DNA of 64,000 nt from assembly GCA_977030845.1 (NCBI GenBank), contig OZ365114.1, forward strand, positions 25,420,001 through 25,484,000, written 5' to 3'. This document shows positions 26,300-38,800 of the stretch, one piece after another. This DNA comes from Fimbriosthenelais zetlandica. Lineage: Eukaryota. Numbering within the stretch: position 1 is the first letter of the stretch; each line of letters opens with the position of its first letter. Made by a program: the position numbers and the translations under genes. The notes beneath the pieces are model-generated. The model was not told where the DNA came from and did not search any database. It was given only the letters and a program-made list of their open reading frames with translations.

Positions 26300-26700
26300 A
26301 TAGAGGCAACAGTGTGGAACATGGCAGGAACTTCAAAGGCTTGCATGTAAGAAGCACCACCTTGGGGAGCTGGGTTCCGTATTTAGTCACATGAGACGTA
26401 AACCAAGACATATAGTGAATTCTCATCTGCCTCTGTTGGATTGTTGCTTGGATGACTAGACTTCAAAGTGGCATGCTTTAATCTTTAAGGAAAGGAACTC
26501 AGGGGATGGAGTTGAAGCAAGCTCAAAGGATTTAGAAAAGGCAAGATAAAAACGTGGCCTCGACTGTGCACAAGGTTGAGTCTTAATACACAGGATCAAT
26601 AATTGAAAAGAAAACACCGCACCCAAGTTGTATCTGGCTAGGAGATTTTACAAGAACCTCTCCCAAACAGAGCTAGATGTAGCGAGGTAAAGGGCATGGA
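26300..26700 (+). mobile_element. BEL/Pao integrase C-terminal relic
   Basis: EAPPWGAGF at ~26350-26378 (~APWWGGF), VNSHLPL (~LNSRPL) and CIWLGDF (~WKLGRI). Confidence 0.45.
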
Positions 26701-28299
26701 ATGATCAGGTTGCTCAATTGCCTTACATATGATGAATGCGATGGTAAGTTACCCTATTGAGTACGGAAAAAACCTTTGCAGTGCATCTCTTCTCCGTACT
26801 CTTGATTGTCACTGAGGGAATAACCTTTATCGACCAAGCAGTACTTTACCATGGAGAAATGTCACAGTGCCACGCTGGCGGAGTGCTGAATGATAACGAT
26901 TCACCCCAAATGCCGAAGTTATTATCTAAACTAGGCCTTCACAGTTTAACTAGAGAGAGAGAGGAGAAATACTTTTAGTTAGTTCACCAGGTTAATTTAC
27001 CATCACCAGTGTTGTGTGGAAGAAAGTCTGCCAAGATTTGAAACCTGTAACTTTTGAATGTAAGATGTCTTGGCTGAGATATGACCTTGCTTTAGCTATG
27101 ATGATGTATTGAATACTTGGCAAGCAACATCAGGAATCTGTCACCATGAACCAAATCACTGCTCGTCTCTAGCCATGTTGGAGACAGGCGCCTATATCTA
27201 TACTGTATGAACTGTGTGCACAAGACTCCCTCCTGAATACCCATAATAAAAATTGATTTCCCTAAATGGCCATTCAATACCCTTAGCGAGGCCCAAAATA
27301 TTTTTATCACCGGCAGGACACCGAAAACCCCATCGGTTTGAATCTCTGGTTGGCTTGGCTTCGTTTAATATTTATTGAGCGTCATTTTTTATTTAGGTTA
27401 TCCTCTAGATCTGTAGGGCATTACGTGTAGGTCTGTTTATAAGGACGAGCGTTTTTTTCTATATTAGCTATCACTCTTTCATCTTGGTGCATTGAGGTAT
27501 CAGTGCAATACAGATATAGTTATTTTTCCCGTTTCTTTCTTGCAGTCATAACTTTGGAGATGAAGGCATTCATTTGCCGGTGATATTGCAATCTGATTGC
27601 TTTGGAGCAGTGGTTACCAGTAGTGAAACGGCATCCGAGACCTTCATTAAATGGGTCGGCAGAGGTCCTATAGGTCTTGGTGTAATGATTGCTTCCTATG
27701 TGGCTTTCCTTCTTTCTTTGCCTGGCTTCTACTAGAGTGCTATACAAACCGGGGGCCATTGCAAAGCTACATTAGAAGTGCCTCTATATAGAAAGATGTT
27801 GAGGGTCCATCAGGGAAGCCCCTCACACTCGCAGAGACAGTCTTCGTCAAATATAAGCCCAATATGTGAGAGACTAGAAACAAGGTGCCTGGAAGGGTCC
27901 TGATATTTGATTAGATATCCGAGCTCTCTCTCCTCCTCTTATACTCTTTATTCCTCCGCGGTTGCATATATATGGAGACAGTGCGTGTAGATGAGTGACA
28001 TATAGTGTTAGCATTATTAGGTGGTACTGTGTAAGGTAGTAGTATATGAATCACTAGAACAGTCCATGAATGACAGGAGGAGTAATAATAGATGACACAC
28101 TACCTATATATTGCCTGGATGACAACCCCCTGTATTGAGGGATGCTAAATGCTACCGACTTTCCCCATGCCCGTGTCGCCCGGGTTATAAAAGAGCATTA
28201 TCATACTAGCGATTGCAATTTCGGCAAGAGTGAATGGCCCTGGCTTCTCTTTTTCTCCCCATTAAGAAATGAGGAACAGAGATTGTAATTACCTTGCGG

Positions 28300-28900
28300 G
28301 GTCTGACATCTGCAATGAATAACATAAGATCCGTCTCAGGCCTAATCTCCCTCGCTTTGTCCCTCAAACCTTGGTCTCATGAAGCTGTCTTTGTGAAGGT
28401 TGTTGCCGACGCTTTCCATCCATCTATTCCTGTCCAATTTTCCTCTAAATGGCATACATTGTTATTCAGAATAAGAGCCACACACAAAGCACTACTCTTA
28501 ATGTAGAAGAATGGCTAACAGCTTTTCCCTCAACTTAATGCATCAAAACTTGTACATTTGTTCCACATTTTGCCCCATAAGTATAGATGATAGATGGAGA
28601 CAACTGAAATTAATTGTCTATTAATTTTTCAAAGATATCAGAGGCTGACGTTAGAGATGTCATGGAAATAATCTTGCTTGGCTTCAAAAAGCAGACAGAA
28701 GTGTTGTTCCATGACATGAAGTTTTTATTGGATACTCCGATAAAATTTCACCGTATTTACCAATTCCATCCAGCGAGTGAAATCCAAGGATAATTGAACA
28801 ACAAAGCTTGAGGTGTAAGATTTCTTTGATGAAAGGGAGGAAGCGTCAGAAAGTTTTGATATCTGCAATAGGTTGATATTTGCAATGATGGCTTTTTCCA
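28300..28900 (-). mobile_element. Possible RTE-like LINE 3' relic
   Basis: IYTYGAKCG (~ILTYGAETW) and a later GxR-rich segment. Very degenerate. Confidence 0.25.
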
Positions 28901-30283
28901 TCTCTCTTGCTTTTCCTATAATCTTTATGTATATATATATGAGGGAACATCTAAATGAAAGGGATAGCTGTCAGCTCCCGCTAAAATCAAAGCACCTATG
29001 GCTTGTATGATTGGCAGGGGGTGGGAGGTGCAGTGGCTTTGGACTCAGACCTTTCTGATTCCATCCATGGCGTTTTATCCCTCGTAAATCAGAGTTACCA
29101 GGAATCATTTAGATTTCTTGTGTTGTTCCGTTTTTCCCTATGATCCTCCCTGCCGCGTTTCTTGATGTATTGGTATTTGTAATGCCTTACTGATGCATGG
29201 CTTCAAACTGAACCTCTTACTCTAGGTTAAAAGACTCCTGAATCCAGTTTATTAATCCCCGGTAAAAGAGTGGCAAAATTCATCAGAAGAAAGCTTGTAA
29301 TCAGTGGATGTAATGAAGGCCTTAAAGTAATTTACGACCTTGTGTTCAGAGCAAATAACTAGTCTGTGGTGATTGAGTCACAGTGACGAACAATTGGACG
29401 CACCCTTCATGAATCAGGAACCCAAGACCATCAGTGGTGATCAGATTCCTCAATATTTCACCCATTGTTCATATCCCATGGATTAAAACTTGTGAGCTTT
29501 AAATCACCTTTTTTAATGGAAAGAAAAGATAATGGGAGGAGGAGGGGAGATAAGAGAACGCCTGGCCTCCAACTGTAATCATCTTAATCACCAGGACCAC
29601 CATGGCAGGGCTTTAACTTGTACACCTCCACACCACTGTAGCCCTGGGGTTGAGGCAGGATGAGAGCAGGTTGTTTTTACCTCAGATCCATCAGTAAGGC
29701 AGGAGGCCCTTGATCCACCGAGGGGAGTCAGCAGTCATATGTTTGCCATCAGCTGCTCAGATATTTCAGTATCTGAAATCCTGACCCCGGGAATTATATT
29801 AGATTATACATGGGACCATATTAAAGACACGGAATTTGAGAAAAAATATTTTTAGAACAGATTATTCAGATTAAGATTTTTTTATATTGGTCAGAAACCC
29901 CCAACGTGTCAGCCTGGGGGTGGGGGTTTGGGGTGGTGGGGCGGCACAGTGACTGGTGCATACGATGTAGGTTTGAAGATTTCAGGCTTCAGAAAACAGA
30001 GGAAATTGTTAAACGTATTAGTTTTCGAGTTCCAATCTTCAATCAATGTGGAACACTGGCCTTAGAGCATGTACAGGGCATCCCTGACCTGTGGGCGGGT
30101 TGAAGCTGTATGTTTATAGATCAGGCAGATGGAGCGCCTCTAGGCTCCCTGATTCTGTCAGGATTTATCCACCGAGCAGCTCAGTGATGGAGGAATGGGA
30201 CTGGAGGCTTGGTGGCAGGCAGGTCTCTTGTGGAATACTCAGCCCTCAAAAGATGCACCTGTGCTTCAGGTCCTCTGAGGAAT

Positions 30284-30351
30284 AGGTGCACCAGAGGGGT
30301 AGGTGTACCAGAGAGGTAGGTGCACCAGAGGGGTAGGTGCACCAGAGGGTT
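30284..30351. repeat. 17-bp tandem repeat x4
   Basis: aggtgcaccagaggggt repeated four times with 1-2 mismatches. Confidence 0.9.
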
Positions 30352-31860
30352 AGCCTGGGTATAAAGGTATAGGGAGCGAACCAGGAGGAACTCATGGGTC
30401 TTACAAGTACTGCTAATCCCTAGGCATTTACCATTTTATCTAGTATTCCATAGTAGAGTATGATTGTTTTCTTCTCCTTCTTCCAGTAAAGCCTAAAGGC
30501 ACAAGCTAGCATATAGAGGATCCTAGCATTCCTCACTCCCCATAGATCACCCACTTAACAGCTGGTCCTGTTTCTATTTTTCTTTACCATGTAAAAATGA
30601 ATGGCACACAGGGTTTAAGCCATTGGTCAGGCTGTCAATTGTAAGTGTGGTTAAGCCATCACTTCAAACACCCATAAATGTCATATTCAAGGCACTTACT
30701 GTCTAACCCAGTAACACAGGTGTGCGCGGACATCCATTTATGTTGAGTACCCTTTGGAACTATTGCCTGTCCTTTTGCCGTAGGCAAAGATTTATGGATG
30801 TTACAGGGATAGGATGAACCGTTCATTCGTCAGTCTGTTGGGTTTACAAACTGTCTTAGCGAGTGTGTACACTATAATCTATGCCAGCTTATGTTCAGAA
30901 CAGTTTGCTAGAGGCATTCCATACAGTCTGGGGGATTTCTGCCCTGCGGATTAGTTGCACAGAGTATAATAACTTAATTATCTCTGTTGAAAGCTTTTTT
31001 CGTCCCCTGTGGTAAAATAAACATTTTTATAGCTGCTAGGTGTTTTGCTTCCTCTTGTCATAAATATACACCTAAGGCTGGCAGCTGCAGCATGTTGACA
31101 TTTAAGATCTTAATTTGTAAGAGTTTCTAAGTTGGTTTCTGCGAGTCTCGGCCCAGTTTGAAGTCTTAAAGTACTTCACATAGTTCAACATCTGATTCCG
31201 TTTATCCACATACAATGCCTGTTTCCAGCCTTGTAGAGCTTCAAGAATGTGCATAGTTCCATAAAATCAACGCCAAATATATTGTTATATTCTGATGATA
31301 TATCAAAGACCTTTTATACAGCATGTAGACCACCTTTACATGATCCAGATCCAATATAGAATGGATTATCTCCTGCTAATCTGATGAGTGGTGCTTTTGA
31401 TCTCGGATTTGCCACCTACACATTATGATCATATCCTTCATGTCAGATTCTCCTGTGTTAGCTGTAAGCTCCAGCGTTTTGCTATAAATTATCCCACTCC
31501 CAATGTGACCTTACATATATAGAAGCCCTTACTGCATTCTTGATTTTATATCTGGAATTTTCCAACTGGTTCGGATCGAACAGTCTGTACTAAAGTCACT
31601 TTGAAGAGTTGGCGAGCTGCTGACAAGAAATCGAAATGAAGGATTCAGATGTTTTAAGCAAAAACCAAGTTGACGTGTTAGCCGTGACAGTCATGCGACT
31701 GACGTCATGTATTAGTAAGAAGCTCATGTATGGTGAACGTGAACAACCTACTAGCTTTCTTATTGACCTACTTTGTTTTCTTGAAAAGAGGGTCGTCATT
31801 AACTATTCGTGTAACAGTGATTATGAATGTTGTACTGACGACTGTTTTTCTTTTTTCCAG

Positions 31861-34800
31861 ATTTGATTACAAAACTCTGCTGCACAACTCCACCTTCTGT
31901 CTCGTACCTCGTGGCCGCAGGCTCGGCTCCTTTAGGTAAGCATCTCTCACGCCATCCTCCGCTTTTTACTCCTCACTTTTATTTATCCTCCATCGAGTAC
32001 TTCCTTCAGCATGATGTGACAGCCATTCAGAATCAATTCAGTTTGAACTAAGAGATCTATAGATCTGCTCTATTCAAAATCAGCAAGAATTTCCGAAGGA
32101 AGAAAGGATAATTCTTTATATAACAACGATGTATTTAGAATCTATAAAGCAATTAAGATAAAGTAAACTTTATTCTATACTTGTTGGGTATACATTTTTT
32201 TAGTTAGAATTTTTATAGAGCCTGTTATGGGTGAATACCAGCTCACTCTTGATTACACAAGTTTCTCGTATGATTTTCAGCTGTCTTTTGTTGATGAATT
32301 AGGCCTCTATATATGGGTTTATTTTAAGACATCTGGGGACATGTTTCAGGTTTTTGGAGGCCCTCCAGGCAGCCTGTATACCCGTTCTGCTCAGTAACGG
32401 ATGGGTGCTGCCTTTCCAGGAGGTGGTGGACTGGAACAAGGCTGCCATCTGGGGAGATGAACGCTTACTTCTACAGGTAGGTTACTCCAGCCTCTACTGA
32501 TGCTGGAAATAGTGAACATATTATCACTTACATAAAAACTGTCTTTGATAGATTATGCATCACAGATCTGTACTGTAGATTGTCTGGTCATTTTTCAGAT
32601 TCCCTCCATCGTCCGGTCAACCAGCCATGCTGATATTCTGCTGTTGAGGCAGCAGACACAGTTCCTGTGGCAAACCTATTTTTCTTCTATAGATAAAATT
32701 GTACAAACAACATTAGAGGTGAGTTAATTGAGTGACGTATGCCTACCCACCCTAAAAAAATACAGTATAATATTATTCAATTTACTACTACAAACACATG
32801 AGAATAGTACTTCTCGTAACAAAACAGATAAGTATATATTACTACAAACATTTGAATAGTATTTTATTTATTTTCTTAAAATCGAAATTCCCTGTTTGAC
32901 AGATTGTTAAGGAGCGTGTGGAGTCGCACCTCTCCCGCTCATCATTCGTGTGGAACTCCATCCCTGGAGCTGTAGCCGTGCTTCCTGAATACTCACAAGA
33001 TGTGACCAGGTTCCCCTTCTACATGCGCCAGCTGGGCCTGGAGCCTGCTTCCCATTTCACTGCCATTATTTATACTACTACTCCCACAGTCACACCCTCA
33101 GCTCCCATAGTCCGCCTCATTAGAAATCTTTCCAAATCCAAGCATTTAGATAGGGTAAGTGGATCTTTATCTCTCATGCCACATTGTCTTATAATATATT
33201 AATCTGTAGTAAAAGTGATGCTGTTACAATTATAAGTAAAAGAGATACTGTATATAAAGCTATTAAGCTGGAATTAAAGCGGAACGTGTGAGAGGATAAG
33301 CCTGTAAATATATTCAGCTGAATCCGTTGAGAGAAGGATCAACTTGATGAATCTCATTTTGAGTATAAAATCTCATTTTGAGTATAAAGTTTGTGAGTTA
33401 TTAGATTGTGTCTATCTTTTCAGATATTGATATTATGGCACTGTGACACGCCTCCCCCTATAGATCGACGATGGCCTGTGCCAAGACATGTAACTATGAT
33501 AGTAAAACAAATTAGTGTAAGTATTAAATACATTCACCTCCAAAGAAAATGTTTACATACCTTCTGTTGAATCCTGAATTTCTTCATGTTGACGTGTTTT
33601 ATGGGATTTCTTTCCATCCCATTGAACGTGGTGATGCATTTATTATCTGTAATTACAATATAGGATGTATTTTTTTGTGTTTTGAATGTCTTTCCTTCAG
33701 CTTTTGGTCTGTATAATTTACCTGTTTTTCACCTTGTTTTTACAGACTGTCAGCTAGGTTGTATAATGACGTGTTTTTCACCTTGTTTTTACAGACTTTG
33801 TCAGCTAGGTTGTATCCATATGATGAGATTCATACTGACGCAGTGTTAGGTCTGGATGAGGACGCCATGCTCACCACAGATGAGGTTTGAACATCATATG
33901 CACTTCCTCTTCCTTCCCACGTTTCCGTAGATAAATAAATGAGTAAATCGATTATATTACACAAATATTCCATAGCGATTTTACAAACGGCACTGCTATT
34001 AACAGGTAGATTTCTGTCGTGAGCAATGGCTTGGAGATAATGATTCAAGTAAACTGTTTTTTCTTTATATAATAATAACTATTTCACTGTTGTTTTTCAG
34101 GTTGATTTTGCTTTCTCTGTGTGGCGTAACTTCCCTGACCGGATCGTAGGCTACCCTGCCAGAAGCCACTACTGGGACGAGAGTCGGGCTTGCTGGGGCT
34201 ACACGTCCAAATGGACGAATGATTATTCCATGGTGCTCACCAGTGCAGCGTTCTACCATAGGTTTGTGTTCAGGCCTTCTTTTGAATATCAAATAGTGAA
34301 ATTCTAATAATTTATCAAAGCAACTATGATATAGTAGGCTTACTAATGGTGGAGAACCCCCTTTTAATTTTATCGCGGCCCGACCCAAAATAATTTGTCT
34401 CTTATTGAAGATCAGAAGACAAGGTATAGGTGATTTTTTCTGCCGATTCTTCTGGCTTGATATGGTATATAATATAATGTTTTTAATCTTGCTTTCAGGT
34501 ATTATTTAGACTTATATAGTTCATATTTGGGTCGAGAAACGAGACTGCTGGTCGACTCGACCCAGAACTGTGAAGACATCCTCATGAACTTCCTTATATC
34601 CCACATCACAAAACACCCCCCTATCAAAGTTACCCAGAGGAAAATCTACAAGGATTCCATGTTGCCCGGCAATGACCATTCAGGCGTGTGGACGCAGCCT
34701 GAGCATTTCCGCCAGCGACAAGTGTGTATTAACAAGTTTGTGGATGTCTTCGGCTACATGCCTCTCATCCGCTCTAACCTCCGGCTTGATCCGGTCCTCT

Positions 34801-34862
34801 TCAAAGACCCTGTTTCCATATCTCGGAAAAAGTACCGACAAATAGAGAACGTCTCGAGTTGA
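31861..34862 (+). CDS. EXT1: Exostosin-1 (heparan sulfate polymerase; GT47 C-terminal part + GT64 domain), 5'-partial
   Basis: Exons 31861-31935, 32350-32476, 32599-32718, 32903-33154, 33424-33516, 33795-33884, 34101-34261, 34499-34862; all GT-AG and phase-consistent. Translation includes [31 protein letters not shown] (DxD-like), [44 protein letters not shown] and LDPVLFKD, which are EXT1-diagnostic rather than EXT2. Confidence 0.95.
33723..33815 (+). repeat. Tandem duplication of an EXT1 splice acceptor plus exon start
   Basis: tgtttttcaccttgtttttacag-act(tt)gtcagctaggttgtat occurs at 33723-33764 and 33772-33815. The upstream copy lacks 2 nt. Confidence 0.9.
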
Positions 34863-35599
34863 GGGTAGGGGAAATGCCTGGCAAATGTGAAAGCCTTGGG
34901 GGCAGATTTTGGTCCTGAAGTGTGATGAAGTTTATTTGCCTTTATATTATAGAATCTGTTGCATGTGAGGGTGATTCAGTGAACAATTGTTTTGCCATAG
35001 GTTTCAAATGTTATGTGAGTGGTTGTTTTATAATGCAGCATCAAGGGGTAACGTGCCATAGTATATTAATACAGGGTTATATGTTTCTTGATATTAACTA
35101 CTCGAGTTACCTTTATGTGGCTTTTTTCTACCAATCCTGCTTCTTTGTTCAGTGGATGAACACCTTGGTCGTGTACTTTTAAAAACAAATTGCTGAAGCT
35201 ATAATTATTGGATGGATTAGTCTATTTTATACTAAATTGTTAGAGTACATCAAAGATATGCTTACGACTTGGTTTTCTTTCTTGGAGTATTGACTAAAGG
35301 TGATTGTATGAAGAATTCAGTGTATGAGTTGAATGGGGCATGCTTGGACAAAGTATGATGTTCATACTGCCTGAGGACTGCAAGGACAAGAGATTACACT
35401 ACCGCGATGCCAAAACCTATAGTCAGACTACGAGACACCAGACATCATATAGAGGACTTAATACTGCAAGAGACTACAGAGACCTCCATTGCTCAAAGTG
35501 AGAGTCAGTATCCAGAGTGTAACGAGTGTGGCTAAAGTGACACTCTCAACAAGACATATATTATACCGAGACCCAACATGACATCAGTATATAGCAATA

Positions 35600-35833
35600 T
35601 GTAATGCTTGTCACATTATAGAGTGTGTCAGCCCATGGCCAGACTCTACCCACGTCTCTATGTGTATATATAATCAAAGAAAGCATTGTGATAACCATGT
35701 ATAATTATTATAATATCGGTGATTCCTAGGTTTTAGTTATAATGCCATGGATTTTAGAGAATCTAACGATGACTCTTAATCCACGAATTGCTTGAATAAA
35801 GAGTGACATAACCCAAAGATCGCCGAGACAACA
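35600..35833 (+). mobile_element. Possible solo-LTR-like segment
   Basis: Begins TGTAAT and ends GAGACAACA, with a TATA-like run at ~35665 and AATAAA at 35795-35800. No matching TSD seen. Confidence 0.25.
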
Positions 35834-38800
35834 AAAATATAATAATAGTAAAACGCCATGCCAAAAGTACGTATTAATGTAGACCAAGTTTATGGGATTT
35901 CCTCTACGAGATTACTGGATGCTTTTGCTTATGTGCCTGTAACAAATGCTCCAAAATTATGACTGAGAACTGCCCAAAAGAGATGTTAATCGTAAAAGAT
36001 AAAATTTACACTTTTAGGTTCTCATTTCTTGTTTAATATATTTAAGAGTTTTGAAACTAATTTGAAATGCATTTTATGAAAACTTTCGAGTGAAATATTG
36101 AATCAATTATACAAAGAAATGTATGAACAAAAAATTATGTATGGATATGATACAAAAATTATATTCTGGATGAAGTGCATCATATACTTGAGGCTATATG
36201 TATCAAAATCAGACTTATTTACCCTAGTTTATAAATAATATGGCCGTCTGTCTAGAGTTATATCATATCAGGATGCTCCCATTTTGGAGGTGTACAAACA
36301 GAAATTATTTACCTTTTATTTCTATATGAAGAAAAACCCCTCTGTGAAAATCTGTAGGTGCGAATGATCTCTAGTAAGTGACATTCTAGATGAGATTATG
36401 TTATTTGTGTGCAAAGAAAGGGGAAAAACAACAATTTTATTGGTTTCAGGAGGTTTGAGACCACCATTTGATATTGCGTACTTTGGGACATAATCTGGCA
36501 GATACGTTATTGTATTGCCTGGAGTTGACGCTAATATTGATCCAGGCTTTAGTTTACTATCTATTAATTTCTTCACTGAATCAATGCATATTACCTTATG
36601 TTCCAATGTCGAGAATATGTCGAAAATAGCATGTATCCCAATATCTGGTATATAATGGTTTTGAAATTTTGAAAAAGCGCTACAAGTTCTTTATCAGGTT
36701 TGTGAAGATATTTTGAGAGAAATTATAGGCAATCATCATTCTATCTTAGATGCCTTTGTATTTAGGATAATATAATAGTACCAGTGGTGATTGTGAAGTA
36801 GACTTCTGTGAAGTAGACTTCTGCGATCATGTCATCAAATCGTTACTACACAGTTGGCTCTTGTACATCATGTATCTTTCGTATCGGTGCTGCATCCGAG
36901 TATCTGGTCATATTTTTATAACAAGTGCACAAAACATTTAAGAGTATCTTTCCTCTTGGTTTGGGGTCAGGGTTATCGGAATAAAGTGTTGAGGAGCGAG
37001 GTATAATAGATTAGTTTCATCTTTATTGTTTACCATGTCAGTATGCCAATGGAGGAAAAATTCTTAAAATTGTTAGGATTATTTCGTCCGATTTACCCTT
37101 GTCTTCTGTTCGTTTATTTCAAAAGAATTAGTTGTCATTCCGAGGTCTTATTGAGAAAACAAACGATAGATCTTGTCTTCATGCCTACCTATTTCTTTGA
37201 ATATCTTGTAAATAGTTTCCCAGATTGATAGCTGGAACTGCTGGTTTGGAAGAAAGCCCTGGCTAAACGTATTAGAAGACTGTCTTAGTTAACAGGGTAA
37301 TGAGTGATAATTTCACCGCTATTTTCTATGAGCTTCCTTTCATGTCAGTAAATGTAGTGTTAAAAGTTATTTTTAATAATGACGAAGAAAAAGTGTATGT
37401 AGTCGTGATTGGAATGAGAACTGAGTTGATTAGGAAATTATTTCTGTCTATGGGCTTGATAGTATTGATCCCTGCTCTTTTGAGCTAAGAAAGTTTTACT
37501 GAAATGAAGCGTGTTCGGGCTTGCTTGAGTGATCCTATGTTGAGAGGACTGAATGTACTTGTAGGGGAAAGTTTGAAAAAATAAGGCACCAAACCTAACC
37601 ATATCTCAGGTTTTGCATAATATATTTTCTGCTTCAATACTGAATTTGGCCATGCATGGTCACTCATATTATTTCCTTTAGTTTTTGCTCAGCTCGCTTG
37701 CAAGCATAGCTCTATTAGATGATAAATTATTCCTTAAATTAATTATTTTAACACACAAAACCCTTTATTGCACCATGACTACCATATGTACGTTTGTATA
37801 GGAATCATTGTAAATAGATCTAAATGAACAATAGAATGCATTATCCATGGCAGAGGTAGATAAGAAACAGGCCTATTTACAACAAGACTTGTCAACTGTG
37901 GGCTTCATGAAATAATAACTGTCTCCATGCGTATGTTTGATGGGAATAGTCACCGACAAAGAGTGATATTATGTTCCTATACTGCTATGCTCCATAATAG
38001 CATCCCTTTCGTATCGGGAGTTAATAATTGTAATAAGTGCAATTGATATGTGTTCACAAACACTATTTACATAATATTATACCCAAATATGCTAATAATA
38101 TAAATGTAGCCAAAAAATAGGAAGGTGTTAGTTAATAGGCGGTAGGGATTACATGACCCTCATGTAAATGGAGTTCTACATGGGCCGTGTATTAATGAGA
38201 CGGAAATCTCAAATGGTAGAAGTTTGCTAAATCCTCACATTTTCCTGAAGTGTATACTCTATGCCTTGCAAGCGTGCAATATCTTTGTACCTTTGCTAGT
38301 TGATGCTAGTGTGTGTATGTGTGGGCCGGGAGCCAGTGCTTGGTGAGGCCAGGTATATAGGTTTTATATTATAACTGGATAATAAGTGAAATGATCGTGG
38401 ATCCACTGTCATTTCATTTTATGTGATCAGCACAAATTTTATTATGGACATTCATGACAATAGTGACATAATAAATAAGACTTTATTGAGTTCAGAATGT
38501 AATATTTAAATCAAAGAGTCAACAGAGTGGAAGCATGTGCATAATCAGGCACTACTTATCAGTTGGTACGCTTTGATTGGATGAGTTTTATTGAAATCTG
38601 CTCGATTCAGAAAGGGAATGGTATATAATACAGTACTAGGTGTCTACCTCCTTCATTTCTTCTTACCATATTGCACCTTATTTTCTGAAGCTATATAGTA
38701 TAACTTGGACTTGCTACCAAATGGTATATGGCTCCTGCTCCAGATTGCTATTACCCTATTAGGTACAGAGACATTATAATGGTATCTACTGAAGCAACTG

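Larger units (their letters stand above)
1..31860 (+). other. EXT1: Distal part of giant intron 1 of EXT1 (>=31.8 kb), filled with decayed transposable-element relics
   Basis: The first EXT1 exon in the window (31861, (R/K)[24 protein letters not shown]) corresponds to vertebrate EXT1 exon 2. The ~300-aa first coding exon is not among the ORFs in 1-31860. EXT1/ttv is known to have a very long first intron. Only short, stop-riddled TE-like motifs are seen in this interval. Confidence 0.75.

Noticed and set aside
889-29000. Many 60-140 aa ORFs in the ORF track
   Set aside because: No consistent splice structure or codon bias; they are chance ORFs or pieces of decayed TEs.
30465-30490. Strong polypyrimidine acceptor (ttttcttctccttcttcCAG) in the EXT1 intron
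   Set aside because: Not followed by GT, and no plausible downstream donor or open frame was found.
31861-34862. Initial call as EXT2
   Set aside because: [23 protein letters not shown] and NCEDILMNF match EXT1, not EXT2 (GYPGRLH, NCEDIAMNF).
35900-37700. Minus-strand coding-like stretch (ORFs 36322-36606, 37485-37667)
   Set aside because: Interrupted by many stops with no motif I can name; probably a decayed element but unsupported.
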